IMG/VR virus record: IMGVR_UViG_3300032242_001235 | Location: 1-64,000 of that record | From: a virus | Length of the DNA: 64,000 nt | Reading direction: 5' to 3' (one strand) | Shown: in pieces, positions 38,468 through 49,189 of the stretch | How positions within the stretch are numbered: the first letter of the stretch is position 1 | Layout of the letters: every line of letters starts with the position of its first letter | Program-made: the position numbers and the translations under genes | The notes under the pieces: generated by a model | Databases searched by the model: none | The model's input: the letters and a program-made list of their open reading frames with translations, nothing else | Told to the model about the DNA's origin: nothing

Positions 38468-41206
38468 ATGACCATAGCTAGTAATTTATCGTTTTTAGAA
38501 AACGCCGCAGGTGCGATCACTACCGGTACGATAAATGCCCAATATGCGCCCATTACTTTCAGTATTAACAGTTCAGAAGCTGGGCGCTTTGATCTCAACA
38601 ATTATTTGTTGTTGGGCTATACTACAAGTCAAGGCGCATACAGGTTACAAGTAAACGGTAACATGTTGATTAATGGTACTTTATCAGTTACCACTGCATC
38701 CTTTACTAACGTCGTTGGTGTCATCACAACTGCATCTAATATTGCAGGTGGTGCTGCTGGACAAATTGTGTATCAATCAGCCCCTGGACTAACTGCATTC
38801 AGTAGTAGTTTAACATTTTCTGCAGGATCTGGATTGAGTGTTGGCGGCAACATCAACTTTACCGGTAACTTATATCAAAACGGCTCATTGTTTAGTGGTG
38901 GTGGTGGCGGTACTGCATCTGGTACAGGTACTACAACTACATTCGTAATATCTAACATTACCCCTACAAATAGCACAATAACAGGTGCTTTACAAGTTTA
39001 TGGTGGTATGGGTATTGGCGGCGGCATTTATTCAGGTGGTACTGTTACTGCTACTAACCTAGTAACGGCTGGTGTTGGCGGTGGTATTAGTGGTGCAAGT
39101 TATGTTAACTCGTTTAACATGTGGGCAACTGGTACATTAACTGCGACAAACCTTATAGTAGGCGGAAATGCATTTGTTAACGGTATTGCACTTGGATCAT
39201 CAACTGGTACAACCAGCACATATATTATTCAAAATACAACCCCATCAAACAGCACTAACTCAGGTGCATTGCAAGTATGGGGTGGTGCTGGTATTGGATT
39301 AGGGTTAGTTGTTGGCGGTGTCGTCACAGCTACATCTATTGCTACAACTGGTTTAGGCGGTGGTATTAGTGGTGCAAGTTATGTTAATTCGTTTAACATG
39401 CAAGCAACTGGTACAATTACTGCAACAAGCATTGTAGTTACTGGTACTGCTACTAGTACAAGTACATTAACTGGCGCAGTAGTTATTACTGGCGGGGTTG
39501 GTATTGGCGGCAACTTATATGTTGGCGGTAGTATTTTTAGTAGTGGTGGTAGTGTCGGCGCTGGTGGATCCGCTGGTGGAACAACATATACTAACGTCAT
39601 AGCAAACGGATTTGTACAAAGTCCGTATCCTTATATTGCACCTAAGGGTAGATTAAATCACGGCCCTGGAACAGTGGCATTTATTAACACATCAACAACT
39701 GGTAGTAGCCCATGGGGTATTACTACAGATGCATTTGGTAACTTTGCATATGTAGCAAACTACACTGCTGGTACAATTACACAATATGTAATTAATACAT
39801 ATACAGGATTCTTAACAACATCAACATTTGATATTGCTACGGGTACTAACCCTTATGGTATTACTAGTGAGCCAACAGGTAGATTTGTTTATGCAGCCAA
39901 CTATGGTGCATCTACTGTTGGCCAATTCTTTATCAACACATTCACTGGCACCTTAACACAGATTACTACAGCAATTGCTTCTGGTACTAACCCATATGGT
40001 ATTACCAGTGAACCAACTGGCAAATATGTGTATGTAGCAAACTATGGTGCAGCAACAATCAGTCAATATGCTATTAACACCACAACTGGTGCATTGATAT
40101 CAATTGGTACCCCAATTTCTGCTGGTACTAACCCAGTATATCTAGCTGCTGATCCAACAGGTAGATTCTTGTATGCAGCAAACTATGGTTCTGCCAACAT
40201 ATCACAATATGCTATTAGCACAGGTACTGGTATCCTAATATCGTTAGGTACAGCTATTGCAGCCGGTACTAACCCGTTCAGCATTGGAGTTGATCCATCT
40301 GGTAGATTTGTATACGCAGCAAACTATGGTTCTGCTAACATTTCACAATACAGTATTAACCAATTCTCTGGAACATTGACACAGATTACGACAGCAGTGA
40401 GTGTTGGTGCTAACCCAGGTTCTGGAAGTTTGGCAATTGATCCATACGGAAAATATGTATATGTTGGTAACTCTACTATATTATATCAATACAGCATTAA
40501 CCAATACAACGGTGCATTGACACAGGTAGCATCAATTGCAGCGGGTCCAGGTCAGACTGGTATGACTATTGACCCTACTGGTAAATATCTATTCTCTGTC
40601 AACAACACAAACGCAACTGTTGCCCAATACGGATTAAGTAACTTTTCTGTAGGTGGATTAGTAGTTGGATCTGCTCAAGCTTCTACATCAACAACCACAG
40701 GTGCGGTAATTGTACAGGGTGGTATTGGTGTTGGTGGTGCAGTATGGACATCAGCCCTTGGTATTTTTACACCACCCGGAACAGCTAATGCTACAATTGG
40801 CGGTATAAACAACTTGTTCATGTTATTTGGAACAATCAGCGGCGTATACCAAATAACAAGTGGTATTGTATCTACAACTAACATGATAGTTACAGGCTAC
40901 GAAGTAGCAAGTCCATTATATATTGGTGTTGGCGGTACTGCAAGTTATAGTTTAAGTACTACATCTACAAACAATGTATTGTTAGTGGGTTCTACTGGTT
41001 ATACTGCAACATTATTGTTCCCTACATCAAGTTTACAAGATGGTCAAATTGTTAGAGTTGCAGTAAGTGGTAATGCAGTAGCAATTACCGTTAGTAATGT
41101 AACTTTATTGCCAGCATTAAGTGCAACATCAATTGCTGCTGGATCAGCATTTGCATATTCATATCGATTGGCAAACAATACTTGGTACAGGATACAGTTT
41201 GGTTAA
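38468..41206 (+). CDS. Fibre protein with inserted 7-bladed beta-propeller (lactonase/YVTN-like)
   Basis: Seven ~47-aa G.NP..I..DP.G.F.Y.ANY.....QY.IN..G.L repeats at about 39690-40640, flanked by fibre modules. Confidence 0.8.
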   Translation: MTIASNLSFLENAAGAITTGTINAQYAPITFSINSSEAGRFDLNNYLLLGYTTSQGAYRLQVNGNMLINGTLSVTTASFTNVVGVITTASNIAGGAAGQIVYQSAPGLTAFSSSLTFSAGSGLSVGGNINFTGNLYQNGSLFSGGGGGTASGTGTTTTFVISNITPTNSTITGALQVYGGMGIGGGIYSGGTVTATNLVTAGVGGGISGASYVNSFNMWATGTLTATNLIVGGNAFVNGIALGSSTGTTSTYIIQNTTPSNSTNSGALQVWGGAGIGLGLVVGGVVTATSIATTGLGGGISGASYVNSFNMQATGTITATSIVVTGTATSTSTLTGAVVITGGVGIGGNLYVGGSIFSSGGSVGAGGSAGGTTYTNVIANGFVQSPYPYIAPKGRLNHGPGTVAFINTSTTGSSPWGITTDAFGNFAYVANYTAGTITQYVINTYTGFLTTSTFDIATGTNPYGITSEPTGRFVYAANYGASTVGQFFINTFTGTLTQITTAIASGTNPYGITSEPTGKYVYVANYGAATISQYAINTTTGALISIGTPISAGTNPVYLAADPTGRFLYAANYGSANISQYAISTGTGILISLGTAIAAGTNPFSIGVDPSGRFVYAANYGSANISQYSINQFSGTLTQITTAVSVGANPGSGSLAIDPYGKYVYVGNSTILYQYSINQYNGALTQVASIAAGPGQTGMTIDPTGKYLFSVNNTNATVAQYGLSNFSVGGLVVGSAQASTSTTTGAVIVQGGIGVGGAVWTSALGIFTPPGTANATIGGINNLFMLFGTISGVYQITSGIVSTTNMIVTGYEVASPLYIGVGGTASYSLSTTSTNNVLLVGSTGYTATLLFPTSSLQDGQIVRVAVSGNAVAITVSNVTLLPALSATSIAAGSAFAYSYRLANNTWYRIQFG

Positions 41207-41247
41207 TTTTTTTAACTGGTGGCTCATTGCCTTTATTAAATATGGGT

Positions 41248-41859
41248 ATGAAACAACTTTTAGATCAACCGATAGTCCTGCACAATGTTATTAGTGCCGA
41301 ATACCAATCACACATACGACATAATTTTATGGGCGAGGGCATATGTCCGTGGTATTACACTACAGAAAGTACCCAAGAGGGTGATGTATTTGAAACAACC
41401 AGTGTGTTATTTCACTTAATGTTTTTCTCCCTACAAGGCGGACAAAAAAGTAACTTTTTTGATTTAGTTAGGCCCCTGATGTGGGAGGCAATTGAAAAGG
41501 CTGGATTACCATTTCATGAATTTTTACAAGTTCGAGCAATAAGTCAATTTCCGTTTAATACTGCTCGAACTCATAATAAAGTTCATACTGATTTGCCCAT
41601 GCTTCAAGAGCCATATGCTACCGCAGTGTATTACATTAACGGGGATGATCAAGGAATTGACGGCGATACAGTAATTTTTAATGAAACTGCCTTAGATATA
41701 CCAGAAGATCAAGTAGTTTCTAAATATAAATCATTTACGGAAAAGATGAGAGTGTCCCCTAAACAAGGATCAGTAGTGATATTTCCGGGACATCAATATC
41801 ATTCAAGTACATTGCCAACTAAAACGGCACGGGCAGTGTTAAATTTCTCTTGGAGATAA
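41248..41859 (+). CDS. 2OG-Fe(II) oxygenase superfamily protein
   Basis: HTD...TAVYYIN...DGDTVIF...PKQG..VIFPG..YHSS..P...R.V.NF (HxD..H..R); start set by TAAATA 41237-41242. Confidence 0.8.
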   Translation: MKQLLDQPIVLHNVISAEYQSHIRHNFMGEGICPWYYTTESTQEGDVFETTSVLFHLMFFSLQGGQKSNFFDLVRPLMWEAIEKAGLPFHEFLQVRAISQFPFNTARTHNKVHTDLPMLQEPYATAVYYINGDDQGIDGDTVIFNETALDIPEDQVVSKYKSFTEKMRVSPKQGSVVIFPGHQYHSSTLPTKTARAVLNFSWR

Positions 41860-41905
41860 CGATATCGTTGCCAATAAATATACAAACAATTAACAAGGAT
41901 TTTTT

Positions 41906-42874
<969 letters not shown>

Positions 42875-42875
42875 T

Positions 42876-43457
42876 ATGAATTATAAAGTTGAAAGTTGGT
42901 TTCCAAGACCTATATACTATGCAGATGATATTTGCCAAGAGCATTTGGGTGATTTTGAGATTGCTGTAAAAGACGCAATTAAAGATGAAGGCACAAAAAG
43001 AAATCCATTTCTAGGTGTGAATAGTTCACATAAGACTGTGTCTGAACTTCATAAACTACCTGCACTGGCTCCTTTAGCTTCTAGTATATTGGACCATGCT
43101 ATGAATTTCTGTTTAATAATAGGGTATGATCCAGAGACCGCATTTTCATTCAACATAATAAACATGTGGGTTAATATTAGTGATCAACACGATTACAATT
43201 TCCCACATACCCACCCTGGATCTGTAATTTCAGGTGCGTTTTATATTAAGGCAACACCTGAAAATATAATTACTTTTTATGATAAATATGAAACACTAAC
43301 ATTACCTCTTGGCCAAGATACAATGTATTCGATGTCGCACACATCATATGATTGTTTACCTGGTCGGCTGTTATTGTTTAAAAGTGATTTTGTTCACGGG
43401 AATGTTCCGCAAAAACTTCCTGGAGAAAAAATAGTAATAAGTTTTAATATAGGTTAA
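42876..43457 (+). CDS. Putative 2OG-Fe(II) oxygenase (TIGR02466-like)
   Basis: FP.PIY...MW.N......N.PHTHP...SGAFY...G.LLLF.S...H.V......IVISFNI. Confidence 0.8.
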   Translation: MNYKVESWFPRPIYYADDICQEHLGDFEIAVKDAIKDEGTKRNPFLGVNSSHKTVSELHKLPALAPLASSILDHAMNFCLIIGYDPETAFSFNIINMWVNISDQHDYNFPHTHPGSVISGAFYIKATPENIITFYDKYETLTLPLGQDTMYSMSHTSYDCLPGRLLLFKSDFVHGNVPQKLPGEKIVISFNIG

Positions 43458-43462
43458 TTATC

Positions 43463-43990
43463 ATGACACATTTTGCTCAAATTGATGAAAACAATGTAGT
43501 ACTTCAAGTCATTGTTGCTGATCAAGAATTTATAGATTCTGGTTCAGTGGGCGATCCATCAAAATGGTTACAATGCTCTCCTGATGGATCTATTAGAGGA
43601 TATATGCCTGGACCAACATGGGTATATCATCCAGAAGTGGATCAATTTAGATCACCAAAACCAGCACATCTGCCTAGTTGGGTATGGAATAATTTGAAAT
43701 GGCCTTACGGTAATTGGGAACCACCAATTCAACATCCTGCATTCCGAGGAATTGGAGTACCACCTGTATTCGGTGAAGAATATAATTGGGATGAAGAAAA
43801 TGTACAGTGGGTCAAAATAGTACGCCCAAAACCATATCCTACTGATGGTGCATGTTATGAGTGGGTTGAATCTGAACAAGATTGGGTCAAGCATGGTGAT
43901 CCTCGTCCTGAACATCCAATGGATGGTAAGATTTATAAGTTTAATAACGAAACACAGGAATGGGTATTTTTTGCCGATCCAAATCCTTAA
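43463..43990 (+). CDS. Trp/Pro-rich protein commonly coupled to Gly-rich phage proteins (possible fibre assembly factor)
   Basis: M.HFAQIDENN.V.QVIVA N-terminus; three P.....Y.W.E..Q.W-type C-terminal repeats. Confidence 0.65.
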   Translation: MTHFAQIDENNVVLQVIVADQEFIDSGSVGDPSKWLQCSPDGSIRGYMPGPTWVYHPEVDQFRSPKPAHLPSWVWNNLKWPYGNWEPPIQHPAFRGIGVPPVFGEEYNWDEENVQWVKIVRPKPYPTDGACYEWVESEQDWVKHGDPRPEHPMDGKIYKFNNETQEWVFFADPNP

Positions 43991-44021
43991 TAGTGACAAC
44001 TAACCTGCAATAAATATATGC

Positions 44022-44219
44022 ATGTTAAACAAGGCTGAAGTTATTATTAATGATGATAAGGTATTTGTCTCACAATACAATATCGAATTGATGGAACCAG
44101 ATGGGACTAGTCAAATAGTCCCAGCCACATTGAGCTGGGTTTCAAAAACTCCATCATTTGACGAAAATGTATTTCGTAAGCAACAGTTTAACAGAATACC
44201 GGTAACTGTTTTCAAATGA
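44022..44219 (+). CDS. Small hypothetical protein
   Basis: TAAATA 44011-44016 exactly 5 nt upstream; ATGA overlap with the next gene. Confidence 0.6.
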   Translation: MLNKAEVIINDDKVFVSQYNIELMEPDGTSQIVPATLSWVSKTPSFDENVFRKQQFNRIPVTVFK

Positions 44220-44569
44220 AAGAACCTGAAATCCAAATTGGTTGTGTTAGCAACATTTATATCCGCATGATGAACTTTAAAAATGCAGGCGATGTTGAAC
44301 ACGGGCACACGCATGAATTTGATCACACTAGTTTTTTAACTAGAGGCAGTGTTCGACTTACTGTCGATGGTATTGTCAAAGAATTCACCGCGCCACATAT
44401 GATTCTAATTGCAAAAAATAAAGAACATGAAGTGGTTGCACTAGAAGATGACACAATTGTATGCTGTATTCATGGCTTACGAGATAATGATAGTGGCGAT
44501 ATTTTAGACCCTGATCAAATACCTTACGACGAGAATCCTAAACTGCTTAATCATCGGTTAGATTTGTAA
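44216..44569 (+). CDS. Cupin-fold protein
   Basis: GD...GH.H.FDH...L..G........F.AP..I.I.....H...ALED. Confidence 0.78.
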   Translation: MKEPEIQIGCVSNIYIRMMNFKNAGDVEHGHTHEFDHTSFLTRGSVRLTVDGIVKEFTAPHMILIAKNKEHEVVALEDDTIVCCIHGLRDNDSGDILDPDQIPYDENPKLLNHRLDL

Positions 44570-45333
44570 TGTTTTTCTTTTTTAAACCAACAACTATTGT
44601 AGTTGATGCGTTTACATCCAATGATGCAGCCCACGACTATTACCCAATAGCAAAGTCAAATCGACATGTTCCTAACTGGTGGAAAGCACTGCCTGCAACA
44701 CTCGACGACCCTGTACATAGATTAGTCAAACGCGGTACTGTTAAACGGTGTCAAGGATTTGTTGATTTATATTCTAACAGTTTCTCTATACCTTTATGGT
44801 CTGATATATCCATAGAAATGGAACTGATAGCAGATCAAAAGATTTGGAGATATAAATTTGCAGATAAAAAAAGTTGGCTAGACTCACATGATCAACAACA
44901 ATACAATGGCATTGTAGATTATTCTAAGTATCAACAATTAAAGTTTAATCCACCTTGGTTCTTAGAAGAAAAATCTGGTGTAAAATTTATGATGAGCCAG
45001 CATACATGGAATATTGTTGAAGAATCAAGTAACTTCACAGTACTACCTGGTATTATAGATTTTAAATATCAATCATCAGTCAACATAAGTACCATGGTAA
45101 GATACCCTGAGGTAGGCTTGCTATCAATGATGTTTGAAGCAGGTACTCCGCTAGTACACTTGACTCCGCTAACTGACAAGCGGGTTGAAATTAAAACTCA
45201 TTTAATTAGTGCTACAGAGTTTGAAAGAAAACATCCTATGACTAAGTTTGTGGACAATTATAAAGAACGCAAAACTAGGATAGATGAACAAGAATCTAAA
45301 TGCCCGTTTACAAAATGGCGCAATAGTTTATAA
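44569..45333 (+). CDS. Conserved hypothetical phage protein (P.WWK..P / TVK.C / KF..PW / GTPL motifs)
   Basis: 254-aa ORF coupled by a TAATG overlap; C-terminal KCPF. Confidence 0.7.
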   Translation: MFFFFKPTTIVVDAFTSNDAAHDYYPIAKSNRHVPNWWKALPATLDDPVHRLVKRGTVKRCQGFVDLYSNSFSIPLWSDISIEMELIADQKIWRYKFADKKSWLDSHDQQQYNGIVDYSKYQQLKFNPPWFLEEKSGVKFMMSQHTWNIVEESSNFTVLPGIIDFKYQSSVNISTMVRYPEVGLLSMMFEAGTPLVHLTPLTDKRVEIKTHLISATEFERKHPMTKFVDNYKERKTRIDEQESKCPFTKWRNSL

Positions 45334-45768
45334 TAAGTCTATCAACAATTCTAGTTTGGCTCTGACTGCCTTATTACCAAAACTGTTCTTAACACCTTGA
45401 TGTAATGGCTTTGGCCAAGCGTCAAATGCACACCATGCATAACCAGAATGTTCGTTGTTTAGAGTAGGGATAAATTCTTTATCAACTAACAATACATATG
45501 TGTTGTATTGAAAGTTTTGGTCATTACTGGTGAATAATTCTAAAGGAATTATCTTTTTAATTGGCGGACACTTGCCAACTTCTTCTGAAATTTCTCTATG
45601 TAATGCATCAACTACAGTTAAGTCAGTAGGTTCTTTTTTCCCACCAACCAGTCCCCAAGTTCCAGCAGTCTTGCCCTGTGTCCTATGAAGTAATAAAAAT
45701 CTTCTAGTATCTTTAGATAAGAATATTCCGCCACTACAGACGATTTGATTTAAAGTACTAGTCTCCAT
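45328..45768 (-). CDS. NUDIX hydrolase
   Basis: WGLVGGKKE.......ALHREISEEVG Nudix-like box; LNNEHSGYAW. Confidence 0.88.
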   Translation of the reverse strand: METSTLNQIVCSGGIFLSKDTRRFLLLHRTQGKTAGTWGLVGGKKEPTDLTVVDALHREISEEVGKCPPIKKIIPLELFTSNDQNFQYNTYVLLVDKEFIPTLNNEHSGYAWCAFDAWPKPLHQGVKNSFGNKAVRAKLELLIDLL

Positions 45769-47132
45769 AATTCAGGTATGTAAATTCCTTCGAAGCTCTT
45801 GCTCCAAGATCCGGATTCCCATTTGTATTGTATTCCGGTGTATGAATTAGTTATGTAAATGATGTCATTGGAGATAGTACTATTGAATATTACATGCCAT
45901 TCGGTACCATTCCATTCAATTATATCATTAGCATTGGCTTGGAAATCAGAGTTGTCACTGTTCTGCCAAGCAACTGGACCAACAAACCCTTCTTGACCAA
46001 ACTCAGCTGTATCATTAATGCCTTCTAATATCAAGTATCTTGTACCTGCCGCAACATTACTAGGTGAATATGTTTCAGGATTTATAATTGCATCAACAGT
46101 ACCACGCCCATTCACATTATAAGAACTTGTAATAATAGTATTACTAGGAACAGTATCCCTATCAAAGTTCAACAACATTTTAGTATCATCATTAGGGTCT
46201 AATGATATATAGGCAATAATTTCATTCCCATCAGAAGTGGTTAAAAATATCTTAGTCAACCCTGCACGGAATTGTCCTGGATATAAATCTAATAAACTAA
46301 ACCAACTTGCTGTACCACTAGGTATTGTGGTATCATCAATGCCAGATGCTGAATGATTTTTTAATAAACTTGCAACATTGTCTAACACCATTAATTCAAA
46401 ATTACCAGGTGTAACAACAGTTTTAAACAACGGTTGATCATATCCTAAATCAATTGAGTCTGTAGGATTAACAAATGCACTTGCTATAATTTTAGTAATA
46501 ATACCCAATCGTTTAACCTTAGCGGGTGGGGTGATCCATATAGGTGTAGAAAATGTTAAGTTACCAATGTCAATATTCTGTTCAGCACCTTGTGGAATCT
46601 GTCGATTGGTCCAATTAATATCATCTAATTGCAATACAGTCAAACTGGTCCAGTCTAGATAGTTGTCAGTTGTTTGTAATTCCAAACTAGGATTAAACAA
46701 ATACGCCAACTGTTCTATAATTTGTAACTTTTGATCAGAATTGGTAGTCCAGATATCAGCCGAGAATGTTAATTTATACGGCGCTGGCATAATGCGTTCT
46801 ACCGTGTAACCTTGCCCCTGGGCGTATGTGTATTGTTGAGTATCTTCGTTGTACTCGCGCTCGCGTATTTGCACCTTGCTAACAAAAGTAGGATCCTGTA
46901 ATCTTGTCTGCTCGTACTTTAGACCTTTAATGTAACACGCAATAAATGGTGCTGATGGTACAGTGTTCTCTGAGTTTTTCTTTAGTACGCTAGCTGCCTG
47001 TCTACTAGGATCACCGTACATCACTGGTATCTGAATAATTTTTCCAGTACCATCTTTGTAACTAAAGTTACTCATAACTCGCATGTATTGTGTCAAATAT
47101 CTGCGTATTTGACCATCGTAGAACCAATCCAT
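45750..47132 (-). CDS. gp15: Tail terminator/sheath stabiliser (gp15-like) with C-terminal extension
   Basis: FYD.QIRRY...F......IPV.YG...P.PY.L.F...IW....DQ.LQIIEQ+...FNP. Confidence 0.8.
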   Translation of the reverse strand: MDWFYDGQIRRYLTQYMRVMSNFSYKDGTGKIIQIPVMYGDPSRQAASVLKKNSENTVPSAPFIACYIKGLKYEQTRLQDPTFVSKVQIREREYNEDTQQYTYAQGQGYTVERIMPAPYKLTFSADIWTTNSDQKLQIIEQLAYLFNPSLELQTTDNYLDWTSLTVLQLDDINWTNRQIPQGAEQNIDIGNLTFSTPIWITPPAKVKRLGIITKIIASAFVNPTDSIDLGYDQPLFKTVVTPGNFELMVLDNVASLLKNHSASGIDDTTIPSGTASWFSLLDLYPGQFRAGLTKIFLTTSDGNEIIAYISLDPNDDTKMLLNFDRDTVPSNTIITSSYNVNGRGTVDAIINPETYSPSNVAAGTRYLILEGINDTAEFGQEGFVGPVAWQNSDNSDFQANANDIIEWNGTEWHVIFNSTISNDIIYITNSYTGIQYKWESGSWSKSFEGIYIPELWRLVL

Positions 47133-47133
47133 T

Positions 47134-48345
47134 TTAATTATCCGCCTTTGGTTTGAGTGCCTTACTTAGTGCTTGTCGTTCCGCAACTACTTTTCCATTA
47201 ATCGTAGCAGTAGTTGTATTATTAATAAATCCAGCTTTTTGTGTTTGTCTAACATCGGCATTTTTAAATACGCCATTAGCAGTATCTTGAGCACCAAATT
47301 CATTCATGGTCATACGCACATTCTTTTCAAACATGGTCCAATGACGACCATCAAATCGGTATAACACATTAGGGAAGAAATCTGTTCTTAAGTAAAACGA
47401 GCCGACTGCTTGATGTAGTGGAAATGCTACTCCTGAATCAAACGGAGCACCATTTGGAGGAACCCCGTCACCAGTTAAATAGCCCACATACAAATTCTTT
47501 GATGGTGTATGTAATACCATACTGGCATCTAATACTGCTTGATCTATACTGGCATCATCTATTGTATCGCTTGCATCGGCGACATCAACAAGTCCTGACT
47601 CCTTTGTAGGAATAACATAAAAACTTTTTGTATTATATCCACTCTTTGGAGCATCTAATGTTGCTTGTTCAATAATTTGATTGTTAATTTCAATGCTCTT
47701 ATTGTAAGTGCTCAATAAATCTCGTAATGTAGTTCCGTCATCTGCCCCACTATCTGCATCAAAGATTTGTTTAAATTCTTGACTATCAACTAACGGTACA
47801 CATTTTGCTCTAACTAAATGCGGGTACCAAGTTACGCTAAATCCAGCAACTGGGCGAGTAACATCTTGTACCACATAGAATCTTTTCAAAGCCACATAAT
47901 TGTTATCCAACGCATATTCATCCTTCAAATGTGGCAGCTCGATTACATCTCCTGGCATGATTTTACGGGATAATGCCTCTACACTTGAGCTTAAATGGAA
48001 GTGAATCATTATGGTATCATTCTGTAGAAACAATCCAAACTGACTTAAATTGAGATCCAAGTCCTGCATTGTGTAGATTCCACGAATAACATACACATCG
48101 GGTTCGTAGTTTCTATCCCTGTTTTCCATGAATAGCACATCCTGTATCCCCAGTTCAGGAATAGGATTACTATTGTTTGGCAGAGTAGGTGATGATTCGG
48201 CCCCTACTGAATCTGGGCTAACTGGGCCAAGGTATTTGTGAATAAACACATCAACCCCGCCCACTTGAAAGCGTTCGTTAACTACGCGATCGATGAATTT
48301 GAAATCATTGCCTTTTTCAGGCCTGTAAAGTGACAATCTTGGCAT
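47134..48345 (-). CDS. gp14: Neck protein (gp14-like) with C-terminal extension
   Basis: GGVDV....Y...D.LF.E.....Y...LSQFGL..QND..I.F...GD.I.LP; lies between gp15 and gp13. Confidence 0.72.
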   Translation of the reverse strand: MPRLSLYRPEKGNDFKFIDRVVNERFQVGGVDVFIHKYLGPVSPDSVGAESSPTLPNNSNPIPELGIQDVLFMENRDRNYEPDVYVIRGIYTMQDLDLNLSQFGLFLQNDTIMIHFHLSSSVEALSRKIMPGDVIELPHLKDEYALDNNYVALKRFYVVQDVTRPVAGFSVTWYPHLVRAKCVPLVDSQEFKQIFDADSGADDGTTLRDLLSTYNKSIEINNQIIEQATLDAPKSGYNTKSFYVIPTKESGLVDVADASDTIDDASIDQAVLDASMVLHTPSKNLYVGYLTGDGVPPNGAPFDSGVAFPLHQAVGSFYLRTDFFPNVLYRFDGRHWTMFEKNVRMTMNEFGAQDTANGVFKNADVRQTQKAGFINNTTTATINGKVVAERQALSKALKPKADN

Positions 48346-48374
48346 GTGTATATTTATGGCTAAATATTCATATG
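48343..48374. promoter_or_regulatory. Back-to-back late promoters for gp14 and gp13
   Basis: CAT-GTGTA-TATTTA-TGGC-TAAATA-TTCAT-ATG. Confidence 0.8.
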
Positions 48375-49130
48375 GACGAAACTACCCAATCCCGTGAACA
48401 AGTTATTACATATATCAAAGCCATGTTAGGCGATGGTATGATCGATGTGTATCTTGATCCAATACATTATAATACATCTATCGATCGTGCCTTGGCAAAA
48501 TACCGTCAACGCAGCAGTAATGCCGTTGAAGAAAGCATGGGTTTTCTAAATTTAACAGTTGATACTAACGATTACATTCTTCCTAAAGAAGTAATGGCAG
48601 TTAGACAATTGTTTAGACGCAGCATTGGCTCTAGATCTGGTGGCGGAAACGGGGGAACATTGTTTGAACCGTTCAACTTAGCATATTCTAACACCTACTT
48701 GTTGGCTTCTACTAACATGGGCGGGTTGGCAACATACTACGCATTTGCCAGCTATCAAAAGCAAGTGGGCAAAATGTTTGGTACTGATATTAATTTTACA
48801 TTTAACGCATCTACCAAGCTATTATCTGTACAACAAAGACCACATGCTGATGAAGAAATATTAGTTTGGATGTATAATTATCGTCCAGATTTTAACCTAT
48901 TCAGTGATCCATATGCAGGACAGTGGTTAAAGGATTATTCATTGGCCAATGCCAAGATCATCCTAGGTCAAGCCTATGAAAAATTCCCACAAATTGCTGG
49001 GCCACAAGGGGCCTCCAGTTTGAATGGTACTGCACTTAAAGCAGAAGGTAAAGCTGAAATGGATATGTTAGAGTTGGATCTAATAAATTACAAAGATGGT
49101 GGACAACCATTAACTTGGGTAACTGGTTAA
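48372..49130 (+). CDS. gp13: Neck protein (gp13-like)
   Basis: YI...LG..+IDV.L...H....I..AL..Y; WLKDY.LA..K..LG....KF..I.GP.G...LNG; true start 48372, not 48330. Confidence 0.82.
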   Translation: MDETTQSREQVITYIKAMLGDGMIDVYLDPIHYNTSIDRALAKYRQRSSNAVEESMGFLNLTVDTNDYILPKEVMAVRQLFRRSIGSRSGGGNGGTLFEPFNLAYSNTYLLASTNMGGLATYYAFASYQKQVGKMFGTDINFTFNASTKLLSVQQRPHADEEILVWMYNYRPDFNLFSDPYAGQWLKDYSLANAKIILGQAYEKFPQIAGPQGASSLNGTALKAEGKAEMDMLELDLINYKDGGQPLTWVTG

Positions 49131-49138
49131 AATAATTA

Positions 49139-49167
49139 TTGACAATGTAATACAACTGCAATAAAAT
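49139..49167 (+). promoter_or_regulatory. Sigma70-type promoter for dNMP kinase
   Basis: TTGACA-N17-TAAAAT. Confidence 0.7.
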
Positions 49168-49189
49168 ATAATATCGCTTGGAGTATTGT

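Noticed and set aside
11054-41206. Diversity-generating retroelement or invertase-driven fibre switching
   Set aside because: No reverse transcriptase or recombinase in the window; shared segments differ at synonymous sites rather than only at adenines; no inverted cassettes seen
48330-48371. Upstream starts in the ORF track (48330; also 19889, 41182, 49178, 50226) and the internal start at 49
   Set aside because: They overlap neighbouring genes or promoters; ATGs at 48372, 19898, 41248, 49190 and 50199 fit promoter or RBS context better, and gp23 is open from base 1
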